Part shown: positions 25,723-39,676 of the stretch, in pieces
Numbering within the stretch: position 1 is the stretch's first letter
Layout: every line of letters begins with the position of its first letter
NCBI RefSeq assembly: GCF_000143415.4
Contig: NW_003314296.1
Location: forward strand, 310,001 to 374,000
DNA: 64,000 nucleotides
Source: Selaginella moellendorffii
Taxonomy: Eukaryota > Plantae > Lycopodiophyta
Direction: 5' to 3'
Program-made: the position numbers and the translations under genes
The notes under the pieces: model-generated
Seen by the model: the letters and a program-made list of their open reading frames with translations, nothing else
Told to the model about the DNA's origin: nothing
Databases searched by the model: none

Positions 25723-26396
25723 TGTAGCGCACTTTATCTCTCTCCCATTAAGCCAATTGAAAAAAGGGCAATTGCTTAATGAGAGAGCCCTTAGTGGCTA
25801 TTTTATCTCCATTTATCCCCCAAAGTTCCAAGGATTCATGGTGATAGTATATCCAAATCTTATCCCATGATCATATGCACTACACTCACCCCCCCTTTAA
25901 AGATGTCAATGTCCTCATTAATTATTAACTAACAACCCCTACCGAGCCAAAGGGAACTAACACCTCCATTTCCGCACTAAATTTATAAATCTTTCTATTG
26001 TATAAACTAGCTATTCCATGTGAGGTAATTAATCATCCACCCATACTGCAACCCCACAGTGGATACCTTCGTCCATGGATACTCCACACAAGAGGAAGGA
26101 CATACGCATGGATGCCCAATATATACGATTTTAAATTTAGTGGTAGGAATATACCTTGCTCAAGGGTGTATTATATTTTTAAGTAGCCACTAATAAATGG
26201 GAATCGAACTCGTGCCATTTTTTCTAATACCACATGTAGCACACTTTATCTCTCTCCTCTTAAGTCAACTGAAAAATGGGCAATTGCTTAATGAAAAAGC
26301 CCTTAGTGGCTATTTTATCCCCATTTATCCCCTAAAGTTCCAAGGATCCACGGTGACAGTATATCCAAATTTTATCCCATGATCACAGGCACTACA
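25723..26396 (-). mobile_element. TRIM copy 1: LTRs 26235-26396 and 25723-25884
   Basis: Two ~162 bp TG..CA repeats, a degenerate tRNA-iMet PBS (TGGTATTAGAA) and a PPT (AAAGGGGGGGTGAG). The flanks GAAAT/AAAAT form a 5 bp TSD with one mismatch. Confidence 0.9.
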
Positions 26397-27003
26397 AAAA
26401 TACCCAATACCAAAATTAATCAAAGATTTTGCCAATGAAATAAAAGTAAGATTTTCAACTTCATGGACACACTTAACATCTAAAATAGTATGAAGAGGAT
26501 AGAAAACACTCAATTTAACACTAGATTGAGAATGAGAAACATCAAGTAGAATATTCTGCTTTAATATTTTATTATAAAACCCTAAAGTCAAATTTTTTAC
26601 TTTAAACTTTTAGGGCTAAAAATATGTGTTATAGACTTTTTTTAAAAAAAGAAGTGGGTCAAATATTTATTTAGAATATTATTGTATTTAAAAGTGTTCA
26701 ATATAAATTATTTTTTTATTATTTAATATTTAAATAGTTCTAATTTCCTCTTCTTTCAACAACAAACTAGTCATGGTTGCAAGTACTGACTAAGTGTATA
26801 ATCACAACAAATCATATAAATTCAAAATATAAATGGATAAAATTATAATGATATGACTAGTTGCATGGGTTTAAACTAATCAAGTTTCATATAAATTAAA
26901 AATAAAAAATTAGACTAAATTAACTTGGTATTTAAATTTTCTATAAATTATAAATATATTTATACAAATGTATTATAAAACTATGTTTTAAAATAAATTT
27001 TAA

Positions 27004-27070
27004 TTTATTATTTGTCTTAATAAAAAATGAAAAAATTTATTATTTGTCTTAATAAAAAATGAAAAAATTT
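27004..27070. repeat. Tandem duplication of ~32 bp
   Basis: atttattatttgtcttaataaaaaatgaaaaa occurs twice. Confidence 0.85.
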
Positions 27071-28803
27071 ATTAATATGTTATTATAAATATTTTTAGCA
27101 TAAATTTATGTTATGTAGTTTTGCTAAATAACTTTGAAGTTAAAATCCATTAAAATATAAATATTAAGTATTGCTCCTAAATTATACATAAAAAAACACA
27201 TTAACTTTTCCCCTGAAACAAAAGATTTAAATCTGATATATAAATTTTATTATATAATATAGATTTTATATAAAGCCACTTTAAATATAAATAATGAAAT
27301 TTGAAAACCATATCAAATTTTTAAATTTGATTATAATTCTTTTATCTTTAAATTTTACTTTTCTTAACACAGCTAAGCCTAAATTTGGACAACTTCATAT
27401 CTTACATCCAGAAGATATAAGAAAAATTATTGAAGGTGTATGGAATTTCATTGGAAAAATTCATTTAAAACGATATTATCCTGCAACTTATTCAAATTCA
27501 AAAATTATCTTGACTTCATTAAAAAATATGGAAATAATTGTTAAATGTAAAGATACATGTTTAAGTACTACACGAAAAATCAAAGGAAACAATATTAAAT
27601 ATGGGCTAGAAAATATTCTTCAACAAAGCTTAATTATTTTAAATAAAAAGTTATCTAGCTCTTTTGAGAAAGAAACTCTTAAGTATTCAATAAGATATGC
27701 CTTAGTAGATAATTATAATTATAATTCTTTATATGTCAGTTATAAAAACTATACTACATTAAAATGTTTAGGTAATTGCTATTTTACTTATATCATGGAT
27801 CAGCTCTTTATTCTGAAATTTATTTAATTTCTCCAAATTCTGAGGTTATACTATATTTTCTCTTTGTCTTGTCATATAATTTAATTTTATAAACATTTAG
27901 AAAGTTGGAGAGTTATTCCTAGAAAAAAACATATTTAACTGTATTTTAATTTTAGAAAATCAATCTAACTTAGTTTAAAGCATAATAAAAAATTATTATG
28001 GTCAACAAGAAAATATTGTAATAATCAGTGTTTGGTACCTTCATATTTAACAATTCAAAATGATTGTAATTTAGTAATTTATTTAGCTACATTTCCAAAT
28101 CATCCTTTATGGGCATCTAATACTGCTAATCATAAATTATGTATATAATGAATTTCTTAAAATTATCTATAAGTACTTGTATTTATATAAAATGTTAAAT
28201 TTTTAATGTTTTACCGTTGAGGAAAGTGCCAATTAATGTCCATAAACCGTTGGAATGCATTGAAAAATGCATTCTTTCTTAACTGAGGAAGATCTCCCTT
28301 ATAGAACAATATCTTCTTCTTCTTTGTAAGGTCACCTAAAAATTAACATATGCTAACAATCAAATGATGAGAAGTTCCAATTGTATAAGTAGCAACACCA
28401 TTGATAGTGGCAATCTAAAACCTTAGAGTGACTTTTCTTTTTCACTACTAACTTTGCTATTACAAAAATGCATTAATGGCTTTTATATATGTCATTATTG
28501 AGTTCAAGTTTGGGAAGTGTGTTAGAAAAAGATTTATATTTGTTGAGAGAAATTTTTACCTGTTCTCACCATTGGGGAAGCCATCACATTATGCCTTGAA
28601 GTGATGAGGTAGATTTGACTTTTGGAAGAAGAGGACTTATCATGACATCAATCCATGGAAGTGTTAATAAATCCTAAAGCAACTTCTTGACTTATACAAT
28701 AGTCAGGAACCTCTTATGTATAAATCTATAGAATATCCATTGTATATTTGCTAACTTAACTAAACTCCACTATGTATTTTGCTAATGTACAATGTTCACC
28801 ACT

Positions 28804-29156
28804 TGTAATGCATGTGACCATGGGATAAAATTTAGATATACTGTTACTGTGGATCCTTGGAACTTTGGGGGATACATAGGGATAAAATAGCCATTAAAGG
28901 TAAGCAATTGCCCTTTTTCCAATTAACTTAAGGGGAGAGAGATAAAATGCGTTATAGTTGGTATTAGAGCAAATAGCATGGGTTGGATTCCCATTAATTA
29001 GTGGCTACTTATAAATATAATATACCCTTGAAAAAAGTATATTCCTACCTCTAAATTTGAAAAATCGTATGTATTAGACATCCAGTTGCCTCACATGGAA
29101 ACATAGTAGGGGTTGTTAGTTAATAATCAATGATGACATTGACATATCTGAAAGGG
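28804..29156 (+). mobile_element. TRIM copy 2, truncated (5' LTR 28804-28956, PBS, internally deleted body, no 3' LTR)
   Basis: An LTR homologous to the other copies, followed by TGGTATTAGAGC and a partial internal sequence. Confidence 0.85.
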
Positions 29157-30127
29157 ATATTAACATACATATTAACCCCTAAACCTCCAATACTCTAAAT
29201 GCTATGGATTTTTGAGAATAATCACCAAGTCCCAACCTATGCTCTTATATACTCATGTCATGGCTATTTCTAATTACAAATTAACTTATTATCTAAGGTA
29301 ACCCCCTAAAACATTCTGTAACTATAACAGAATATTTTTCTAAATATTTGTGGGCTCATTTGTCGCTTTTGGTTGGGTTTCTCTGAGTTGCTCATCTATA
29401 TCAAACACATCATCATTTCCAGCCTTTCGCAAAACTTTATCTAGATCAATCTAATTCTTATTGTGAAAAAACATAATCTTGAGTTGACTCACATGAAAAG
29501 CTAGATGTATTTACATGAAAGTTGTTGGCAATTTTGAGCTTTCGTAAAATTGCCTCAACAATGACATAAAATCTCATCCAATTTTGCTGTCAAATTCAAT
29601 ATTGACATCCATAATAAGTCATTTTGATGATCTTCTGAGCCATTCATGTGTTAAACTCCTCCAGGTCTTCTATCTCTAAGCCTTCCTCCCCTACCCTAGG
29701 CTTAGCCGATCCTTCTTGCTGCTCTTGAACAATAGACAAGACCTTACACGAGAGAATCAATTACTAGCTCTACCTCACATACATAACACTGTAAGTCTTG
29801 AAAACTCAATCCAAATCACCACCTCATCAACAACACATCTATCTTATTTCTCTTGGGGCATGTCGACCTGTAAACAAATAAAACAAAAACCCATTGCTAA
29901 GACGATTGTTGTGGCCATTTGTTGTCCAATTACGGCCTCTCTTTTGAAAAGAAAGAAAGAGGGCAATTAAGAAACAAGCTTAACATACCTCGGCTTAATC
30001 TAATGCAGTAGCGATCTCCGAGTAAACCTCCCAATGCCCTAGGCTTGATCGCCATTGCCACGCCGATCGGACGGCACACCTCTCTTTATATGCGCGACCA
30101 CGTTGGATCTGCGAATTTAGCGCTTTT

Positions 30128-32360
30128 CTAAACATCGCCCCACTTCACGTTGTGCTTGGCCGCGAGATAGTGAGCTCCCACGGGACCCCGGCTTCCGTAC
30201 GGGTATAACTCGGGCGCCGTCTTCTTTCTCTCGAGATCTTTGAGAAGAGGAGTGAAAATCTTCCACGCCGCATCCAGTTCATCGCTCCTGATGAAGAGAC
30301 GGCGCTCTCCAGCGATGGCATCCAGCAGCAATCGCTCGTAAGCATCAGGGATTTCTTTCGAGTATCTGTTACATAGGAACTTTAGCTCGTAAAAAAGAAT
30401 AAAACTGTTAGCTCGTTCTACCTGTCTGCGTAGAGGAGGTCCAGAGTGCTTCGATCGAGTCTCATTCCCAGCCCCGGGACTTTGTTGTTGATCTTGAGAT
30501 AAATGGCTTCGTCTGGCTGGACTCGAATCACTAGCTCGTTTGTGGCTTTGTCTAATTCCGTACCGAGGTTCCGCTTGAAAAGATTTCCAGGGACGTGTCT
30601 AAACTGAACTCGAATCTCGGTCCTGTGAACCACACACGAAACAAAATATGAAACTTTGCGGAATCCAGAATGCAGCAATTTTACGTACCGTCTGGTTTGC
30701 AAAGCTTTTCCGGCTTTCATAAGAAATGGCACGCCATCCCAACGAGCATTGTCTATGAAGAGAGCTGCTGCTGCAAACGTCGGGGTGACGCTGTTCTTGG
30801 GCACGGTGGAATCGTCTGTGTAGCCGGGAAATCTCACACCGTCTTTGGAGTAACCTTTGTACTGACCAACAGCAGTATCTTCGATACTTAGAGGCCTCAT
30901 AGACCTTACAACTTTTACCTGGAGAAAACGAGTAAAATCTCTTCATACCGAGGCAAAAGTTTAGCTTACTTTTTCGTTTCTCACGTCTTCCGCATCTAAG
31001 CTTACTGGAGGCTCCATTGCAAACAGGGCTACAATCTGGAGTAAATGGTTTTGCATGATGTCTCGAATGATGCCGTAGCGATCAAAGTACCTGGAAGAAA
31101 TGTTAAGTCGTTTTACAAACAAAAAAGATGCGTGAAGCCTACACACCCTCCTCGTCCTTCGGTACCAAAGTCCTCAGCGAAAATAATCTGCACGTTTCGA
31201 ATGTATTTTCTCGACCACAAGGGTTCAAACACCAGATTGGAGAACCGGAGAACCGAGAGATTTTCAACAAGTTCCTTTCCAAGATAGTGATCGATGCTGT
31301 ACGAAAAAAGAAGAGACTATCAAGCCAAGTAAGAGAAATACCTTCTTACCGATATATTTGATCTTCATTCAAGTACTGCTTAAGTCCACTTGTTAGCTGC
31401 GCGCTAGATTCCGAATCACGGCCAAATGGCTTCTCCACAATCACACGAGTCCATCCTGTTGACGATGAGGCAGCGAGGCTGCCACACTTTGCTGCGTCCA
31501 CGAAGACATTGGGAGGAACTGATAAGTAGAACAAGCGGTGTGCAATTCTTCCTTGCTGCATCAAAGAAAAGAAAACAGAGAGTAAAATTCTCGCAAGTTG
31601 TTACAGCACGGAAAAACTAGATACCTCGTGGCCTTTGAGCTTCTCATTTAGCTGAGCGAAATTCTCAAGCGAGTCATATTGGCCAGGGTGATAGAAGCAG
31701 CGTTTCAAGAATTCCTCCATCTTGTCTCCACAGTTTTCACTGTAGGAAAGAAAAAAAAAACAAGTCGTTCTAGATAAACACTTCACGCAAACCTTCTATC
31801 GATCCGGCAAGTTAGATTGCCACTGATTTTCAATCGCAACTCTTCGTCGGTCATCTTGCTCCTGGCGTAGCCACACACTGTAAAATGCTGCTCTACGTAA
31901 GAGACGCTTCTTTAAGCCACAAAACCTTGTGAATATAAAAACGATGGATTCGTTCTTACCTGGGGAAGATGGCCGTCGTAGAACAATGCAAAGAGGGCCG
32001 GAAATATCTTCTTCTTTGCAAGATCACCGGATGCCCCGACGATTGTGATGCTAACAGTCGAATGAGAAGCGCCGGTGGTAGCAGCGACGCCATTGGCATT
32101 GGCAATCGCAAACTCTGGAGCTTGAGGAACAGCTGCCGCATCTGTGATAATCCTGGATCAAAACGCAACGCACTGCTCAGCATTCACATACCGAGTGAAG
32201 GCGAAGAATGCGCGTGGCAAGCTACCGCGGCTCGTTTCCCCCCAGAGACTAGCTTCCCCCCAGAGAACTTGAACAACCCTAGACGCAGAGAACGAACGGG
32301 GCTTGTGAGAACAGGAGGAAGCAATCCACGAGCACAAGATGCTTGTAGAATATTCGTCAT
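30128..32360 (-). CDS. G6PD: Plastidic glucose-6-phosphate 1-dehydrogenase (multi-exon)
   Basis: Transit-peptide-like first exon ([16 protein letters not shown]...), [72 protein letters not shown] and a YPYGSRGP C-terminus. GT-AG introns. Confidence 0.96.
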
Positions 32361-33255
32361 AGCACAGCCTTGACCTAATTTTTCAGTATTAATGTTTATT
32401 ATTATTATTACCTTTCTTAAATCCTTATATTATTGATAATAATTAATTATACTTTTATAAATTCAAATATTCATTAATTTAATCAAGCTCAAGTATTTCT
32501 TCATTAGCGGACAGAGCTTTCACCGTCTAATCCATTCTTCACTATGATATAATTCATAAACTAGGTTCCTGTTGTTGCTATTAAACTTGGTTTGGCCAAA
32601 ACATCAATCACTTTATCGCGTCCGCCCATGAGAAATCAGAGCCAATTGAGCAATCTAGGAAATAGTCAAAACATTGATCTCCATCTTTTCTAAGGGCTTA
32701 CCTATAACTCGGAAACGTATCCTTCCATGAACTCTCCCAAGGTTCCATGGGCTCCAAACCGACCGAGCAGTGATTCTGGCAGAACTCTGCAGCGTCGTCA
32801 AGATTTTCCAAACCCAAGACACGGCACAGGAGCTTCCACTCACCTTACGTCTGGCAGAAGCTATCAGATGAACAAAAGACCACGATGATGTCAGGTCCAT
32901 CAGGAAAACAGAAACAATATCACAGAGCTCTTGCAGATCATGGTCTTGCTTGAGTCCTCGGGGCAGATGATCACAATTGGTGATATCTATTGACCATCTT
33001 CAACTTGGCCTTCTCAATCATGCCAAAGTACTTGTGCGAATCATTATTTTGCATTTCTTGTACAATCTTAAACTTCAAGGCGAACGCCTCTTCGTCCACA
33101 GTTGGGAAACGCATCGTTAGAGTGAATTCTATATAGTCAACGGTCAGGTAGCATATTCCTCTAGAATATTTTGGTCAACTTTAGGGCTAAGTGTTACGGA
33201 TCCTTTTAACAAAAAGAAGCGGGTCGAATATCCTGCTGGAATATTATTGACCTCA

Positions 33256-34704
33256 ATGGAGCTGAGAAGGCGAGGGCGTGGCGATGGCGCTTCCCAGGCG
33301 GCCGACAGCGATTCTAGGGCGGAAATGGAGCCCCAGCGCCGCGCTTGGCCATACATGGCGCTTCTCGCGCTCCAATACGGCATCCAGCCTATCATCTCCA
33401 AGCGCTATAGCGGGTAAGATTTCGTCCCTTTGGATCCTCCATCAATCGTGATTCATCGCGATCGCGGATCTGGTGTAGGAAGGAAGTGATCATCTCCACG
33501 ACGGTGCTTGGATGTGAGATTGCAAAGGTATGTCCATTGTCGAATCGAAAGGAATTTTTTCTTCTTTGCTTTTTCCGGCCTTTGTTAAGTTTTAGTGTGA
33601 TCGCACAGACTGTGTTTGCGCTCGTATTTATGTTTCTCGATGGAAGTATTTGGAAACTTCACAAGGAATGGAACGCTATTGACGCATTGACAGCGTCAGC
33701 CCTTCCAGCAGGAATTTATGCTGTGCAAAACACTCTCTTGCAGCTCTCGTATCGTCACCTCGATTCGCTTACGTTTTCCTTGCTCAACCAAACAAAACTT
33801 CTTTTTACAGCAGTGTTCATGTTCTTTCTACTCGGGTAAGGATCCATTTCTTCCAATTTCCATTTTTCGTGAGTGATCATGTGTGTTATTCTTCGCAGGA
33901 TTACGCAGACAAAACAGCAAATTGGTGCTTTGCTCTTGCTAGTCTCGGCCGCTGTTCTGCTTAGTCTTGGTCAGAAAAGCTCCAAAAGCTCCGGTGATGT
34001 CGATCCGGAGTCGACTTTAATACTTGGAGTAATTCCGATCCTAGTTGCTTCAATGCTCTCCGGGTTGGCATCGACACTTTGCCAATGGGCCGCCCAGGTA
34101 CATCATTCCCTTCCCCTCTTTTATTATTTCTCGTGCCTCACTATCTCGGGATCCTGTGCCAGGTGAAGCGTAGAAGCACGTACTTGATGACTGTTGAGAT
34201 GTCAACTTTCGGAAGTCTGTTTCTCGTCGCAAGCTTGCTCAAGTCGCCCGACGGAGAAGCGATCCGGCGGCGTGGTTACTTTTCCGGATGGACCACGCTC
34301 ACCCTTGTAAGTCGTGTGGATTCTTCAATCTTGCGGCACTTATATGTGCGCATCCTGTTGCAGCTCCCACTCTTTACAAATGCATTTGGTGGGATCTTAG
34401 TTGGCTTAGTGACAACATATGCTGGTGGGGTTCGAAAGGTACGAAGAAGAGAAAGAAAAAAAAATCTATGTTTCTATTTTCTGTCGCCGTAGTGGAGCAC
34501 CCACACTCTCACACACACACACACTTGCTTTTGTTGCAGGGCTTTGTTATAGTGTCTGCTCTGGTGGTCACGGCGCTCTTGCAATTTGCTCTCGAGGACA
34601 TTCCGCCCTCCATCTACGTGCTAGTGGCGATGCCAATGGTCATCTCTAGCGCGGTCATATATCAGCGATACTCTGGTGTCTCCAAAAAGAAGAAAGCGTC
34701 CTAG
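33256..34704 (+). CDS. Nucleotide-sugar transporter, ROCK1-like (UDP-GlcNAc/GalNAc; CMP-sialic acid transporter family)
   Basis: LLALQYGIQPIISKR, VLGCEIAK, ALPAGIYAVQNTLLQLSY, LLNQTKLLFTA, SGLASTLCQWAAQVK, NAFGGILVGLVT and KGFVIVSAL, with a C-terminal KKKKAS di-lysine-like motif. Six short introns. Confidence 0.9.
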
Positions 34705-35937
34705 TTTTCCTTTGGGTAAAGCTCTTTTTTTGACTCTCTCTTTTCAAGAAATCCATCGCTGGGTTGGCTCAAGCTGATTGATTGTGCACTTTGGTTTGCT
34801 TGTCTCAGGCCGAAGCTCATTGTTAAATGGGGCCCTGTGTATTCCTTCCCTCTGGCTAGGGAGGGAATCACACTTTTGCAGCTAGTCTTTTTTATATTTC
34901 TCCTCCTCTTTGCGGTGGAGTGACGGAAGCAGAGTTGACTCCTTTAAAACGGGCCCGTGACGCAAGTTACGCTTTGATGCATCGACTTCTAGAAAGCTAC
35001 AGGTACGTTCTGCGTGCTCGCTGCGTTGTTATCAATACAGCTACTTATCGAGTGAGCATTTGGACTTTGTGGAGGGAATTCTTGCAGATTCTGCGGGAGT
35101 TTTTTCCCGAATATATCAAAGCAGCTCGCCACCCTGTGCCGCAAACAGCGCGAAGCGACTTGTCACCTACTTGGTCCAGGGAGAGAGATGTGTTGCTGCT
35201 GCTGCTGCTGTTGCTGTTCGCGAGAAAGATGAAGTCGAAAAGGAAAAGGGGCGGCTTACTTGGCGACGCTTGGAGCGTGAAAGCAGGCATGTATCTTTGA
35301 ATTTCGATGTGTTTGGAGATTTTGCTCCCGGTTCTCAGGTCCTCTGTGCAGGTTGGCCGAAGCTCCTTTTCTCCAAACGAAGGTCAGAGGCACAGGACAC
35401 GCAGCTTTATCCGTCATGGATGGGCGTATTAATTGCGAGAATGAATCAAGTCAAAGAAATGAGCATAGCCGTAAGAGCACCACCAAACTTCGGGTAAAGT
35501 CTCAAGCTGAAAAATCGATTTTTTATGCCAGGCTGATTGATCGTTCGAAGTCAAAGGATTGGCTTGGAGGAAGAGGCGCGTAAGCTTCCAGAGGATTGTT
35601 CGTGATCGCAAGTGAGTTTCTTTTTTACTTCTCCTTTTGTTTCGTGATCTCGCCTCGCTGTTCTCTTGATCTTATAGCATGAATCTTCACGGAGATCGAC
35701 GGGATTAAAATTTTCCAAAAGGTTCGCTCAACGAGAAGGCCACTAAAAAATGTTGGGAGAGATTTACGAATTCCAAGCGGCGCGTGAAAGCTGAAAACCG
35801 AATTAAAGAGGATCGATTAACACTAATGCGGCCATTCCATTAAGCTAAACATCATAACGTCCGTCCAGAAATTACCTTTGACCGTCATTTGTAAAGAAAC
35901 GAATCTCTGGCGCCGGGAAATGCGCTTGTCGGAAAGG

Positions 35938-36007
35938 TGACGGCTGACGGGCAAGAGCGCCAGTCAGCCCGTCAGCCCGTCAACTATCAAAACCGTCAAA
36001 AACGTCA
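35938..36007. promoter_or_regulatory. Cluster of six TGACG/CGTCA motifs upstream of the PP2C gene
   Basis: tgacggctgacggg...cccgtcagcccgtca...accgtca..aacgtca. TGACG is the TGA-bZIP core. Confidence 0.35.
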
Positions 36008-36611
36008 GTGCAAGTGGAGTTAAGAAAAGAAAAATAAAGGAAGACGCAAAAAAACTCGGCTATGGTGATATAGAAGAGAGCTTTGGCTGCGTTGTGTGTG
36101 TGTGTGTGTGTGTTATAGTTTTTATAGATAGTGTGTGTGTTCTACGCTAGCTATGGCGATGGAGGAGAGCTAGGGTTTCGAGAGGAGCGCGCAGCTAGGC
36201 GCTAGGCGCTGCGGCATCGGGCGCCGAATCGCCAGATTGACTGGGAGCTGCGTGGAGGGGGAATGCGTCGCGGCGCGCTAGGGTTTTGTGATTCCCGAGG
36301 TAAGATCTTCGCAGCGCCCGGAATGCGTCCTCTGCGCGTCGCCGATTTCTCGCGGGATTTCGCAGATTCTCGCGCAACGCTCGCGTAATATTTCGCAGTG
36401 ATCCGGCTTTTACTGCTTTCCCCGGCTGCTCGATCTCTCCTCCCTCCTCCAGATAGAGAGAGATGCCGGGGATTTCTTCTTTCATGAGCCGCGGGGAGAT
36501 TGGATCTAGCGGCAGCAGCAGCGGTAGAGGCAGCGGCAGGGTTTGTGAAGGCTAACAAAGATCCAAACGGAGGCCGAGCGAGGGCCGAAGAGGCAGAGGG
36601 AGGATGTGATA

Positions 36612-39339
36612 ATGGGAAACAGCGTCTCAAGAGTGGTGAGCTGCTTCGTTCCCAGGCGGGAGCACGATGGGGCGGGAATTGTGCTCTCGGATCATCCTCT
36701 CGATGAAGGCCTCGGCCACTCCTTCTGCTACATCAGGCCTACATTGGACTCCTCCGCCAGCTCGCCCGCCCAGCACCAGTCCGGGGACTACTCCTTCTCC
36801 CACTCGACGAGCTCGTCCATCCACACCGACTCGGAGCCATTTGGGTCGAGCGTGGAGGCGGAGGAGCAGGCGCCGGCGATGCCCAGGATCAGCAAGAACG
36901 CGCTCAAGTGTACCATCTCCGAGACCTCTTTCAAGGCCATCTCGGGGGCGTCCGTCAGCGCCAACACCTCCACTTCCAGGTCGGCCCCTTTGCTCGATAG
37001 CTTCACCGCCTTCTCCAGTGTCCCGGCCGCGGCGTTCGAGAGCACGCCATCGTTTACAGCGCTGCCACTCCAGCCGATACCCAGGGGAATTGCTCACTCG
37101 GGACCCATCACTGGATCGTCAGGCTCTTGCTCGGGGCCGCTGGAGAGGGGATTTCTATCCGGCCCGCTGGAGAGGGTGTTCATGTCGGGTCCTCTGGAGC
37201 GGGGGTTCCTGTCCGGGCCCCTGGAGAGAGACAAGGGGGGCTTCATGTCTGGGCCATTGGAGAGGCAACTCTCCGGGCCTCTCGAGCAGGGAGGAGGTGG
37301 GCATTTTTCCGGGCCGGTTTTGTATCCTTCCGTATCGCACAGGGGACGAAAGAAGACGCTGGGCGAGTACGTGAAAGATGCAAGCTTGCCGGTTCGTCGG
37401 GCCTTCTCCAAGACGGTTTCCAACATCGCTCGCACTAGGAAGTCACTGGTTCCACACCGGAAGAAGCATAGAAGAGGTGGTGATCGCGACCAGCAGCATG
37501 CGAGCGAGTCGGTTGCGGACACTTACTCCATGTCGTCGGAGTTTGACGCGAGGGAGAGTCACCTTCAGTGGGCACAGGGAAAAGCCGGGGAGGATAGAGT
37601 CCATATAGTGCTGTCTGAGGAGCACGGATGGATGTTCGTGGGGATTTATGACGGCTTCAATGGCCCAGACGCACCGGATTTCCTCATGAGCAACCTTTAC
37701 CCGGCCATATACAAGGAGCTGCAACGTCTCTTGTGGGACCAGAAGGAGGCATTTCAACTTTCGCAAAGTCCGTGCTCGCAGAGTCTACTTACGAAAGCGA
37801 GACGTGAGATCGATGTTGGTGCCAACGGTGGTTTGGCGAGAAACGGCATGCAGGCGACGAGGTCGAGGAACTACCCCTCGCCTATGGATTGCCAGGACGA
37901 TTGCAGCTCACTGGGAGTGATGGAGCTGGACGGGAAGTCGTCGGAGGATAGGCAAGGCACGAGAGCTTGCGGTGGTGGCGAGGTTGACGGCAAGCAGGTC
38001 AAGCTTAAGTCCATACTGGGAGTGAAACTCAAGCAGGCATGCAGGAGGAAGCACAAGGGTGGCAGCAGCAGCAGCTACAAGAAGCTGTTCCAGTGGCGGT
38101 ACGACTGGGAGCACGAGAGGCTAGAGTCGGAGAGGCTGGGCAAGGCGAGCGTCTGCGAGGAAGTGGACAGCCCGCCAATCCAGTCGAGGAGAGGCCGGGT
38201 GGATCACTCGGGCGTCTTAAAGGCGCTGGAGCGGGCACTCGAGGAAACGGAGCACGCCTATCTCGAGATGACGCAGAGGTCCGTGATGGACAACCCGGAG
38301 GTGGCGCTCGTCGGCTCTTGCCTGCTCGTCATGCTCATGAAGGACGAGGACGTCTACATTATGAACGTTGGCGACAGCCGCGCGGTGCTGGCGCAGGACA
38401 CAAGGTCCTCTCGCAGCGGCAGCAAGTGCCAGTCGGTCCACTCCAGCGACAGTAAAGAGGCCGAGCACGAGCGCATCGGCGCCAGGGACTCGATGCTGCG
38501 GATGGAGCTGGAGAGGATCATCGAGGAAACCCCGACAGAGCTTGCGGCACTGGAGGCGGCGTATGATGTCGGGGACCTGGCGCCACCGCCTCTCTCGCCA
38601 ACTTTGGAAGCTCTCCAGCTCTCCTGCGATCACAGCACGAGCATTGAGGAGGTGAGTTCTCTTTTCTGCCTCTCTCTCTCTCTATGTGCACGCCACACAC
38701 ACTGACTTAACGTTGACAGGAGGTGATGCGTATAAGGATGGAGCACCCGGATGATGAGGCATCTATAGCGAATGATCGCGTCAAGGGAAGGCTGAAAGTG
38801 ACTCGAGCTTTCGGCGCGGGATACTTGAAACAGGTGTGTTCTTGCATGTTTTTTTTTCTTCTCCTGTTTGTTCTAAACTTTAGCTCTCTTTTACCAACAC
38901 AGCCCAAGCTAAACGACGCTGTTCTCGAGATGTTTCGGATCGATTTCATTGGCGACGAGCCGTACGTGACTTGCACGCCCTCATTGCAGCATCACAGGCT
39001 GGGACCCCGGGATCAGTTCCTGGTGCTCTCCTCGGACGGTCTCTACCAGTACCTCAGCAACGAAGAAGTGGTGGCTCATGTGGAATGGTTCATGGAGAAA
39101 TTCCCAGACGGTGACCCCGCTCAATACCTTATTGAGGAGCTTCTCTTTCGCGCTGCCAAGAAAGCCGGTATGTTCTACTAGTTCTTATAGTTCTTTAGTT
39201 CTTAGCATGGGATTGATTACCAGGTATGGATTTCCACGAGCTGCTAGACATTCCCCAGGGTGACCGCCGAAAATACCACGACGACGTTTCGGTGATGGTG
39301 ATCTCGCTCGAAGGGAGGATTTGGAGATCATCCGGCTGA
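36612..39339 (+). CDS. POLTERGEIST/PLL-like protein phosphatase 2C (clade C)
   Basis: N-terminal [12 protein letters not shown] (myristoylation/palmitoylation pattern), [13 protein letters not shown], repeated [53 protein letters not shown] and [24 protein letters not shown]. Four exons. Confidence 0.95.
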
Positions 39340-39676
39340 AAGAAAGAAAGACGATCGATCGATCTGGCAACCCCGGAGATTGGAATTTTTTTTCTTCTTC
39401 CAAGGACCAAGACAAGGATCAAAAAAAAAAGAGAAGGAAATCTGTGTGATGTGACTTTCTTGAAGAGGCACGAGGACTTTGCTCGCGATTTTGATTAGTG
39501 ACAAAAAAGCATATGATACTGCGCGCGGCTGTAATGGATGATGATGGCTATTAAATTTATTCCCAGGCTTCTAGATTCCTCGCTATCTCTCGATCGGGTC
39601 GGGTGGAAGGAATGGGAAATAAAAAGTGTTTCCTGACAACGAAAGAAGAAAAAATCGTCGATTCAAAGGCTTACTT

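Noticed and set aside
32580-33130. Coding-like minus-strand stretch upstream of G6PD
   Set aside because: Interrupted frames with no family I can recognise
34920-35611. Possible small gene between the transporter and PP2C
   Set aside because: Splice-like sites exist, but I found no consistent frame or recognisable domain.
37090-37320. Repeated ~30 bp units as a CRISPR-like or novel array
   Set aside because: They encode the SGPLERGF repeats typical of POL/PLL phosphatases and have no unique spacers.
36195-38700. Many overlapping antisense and alternate-frame ORFs
   Set aside because: Expected shadows of GC-rich coding sequence
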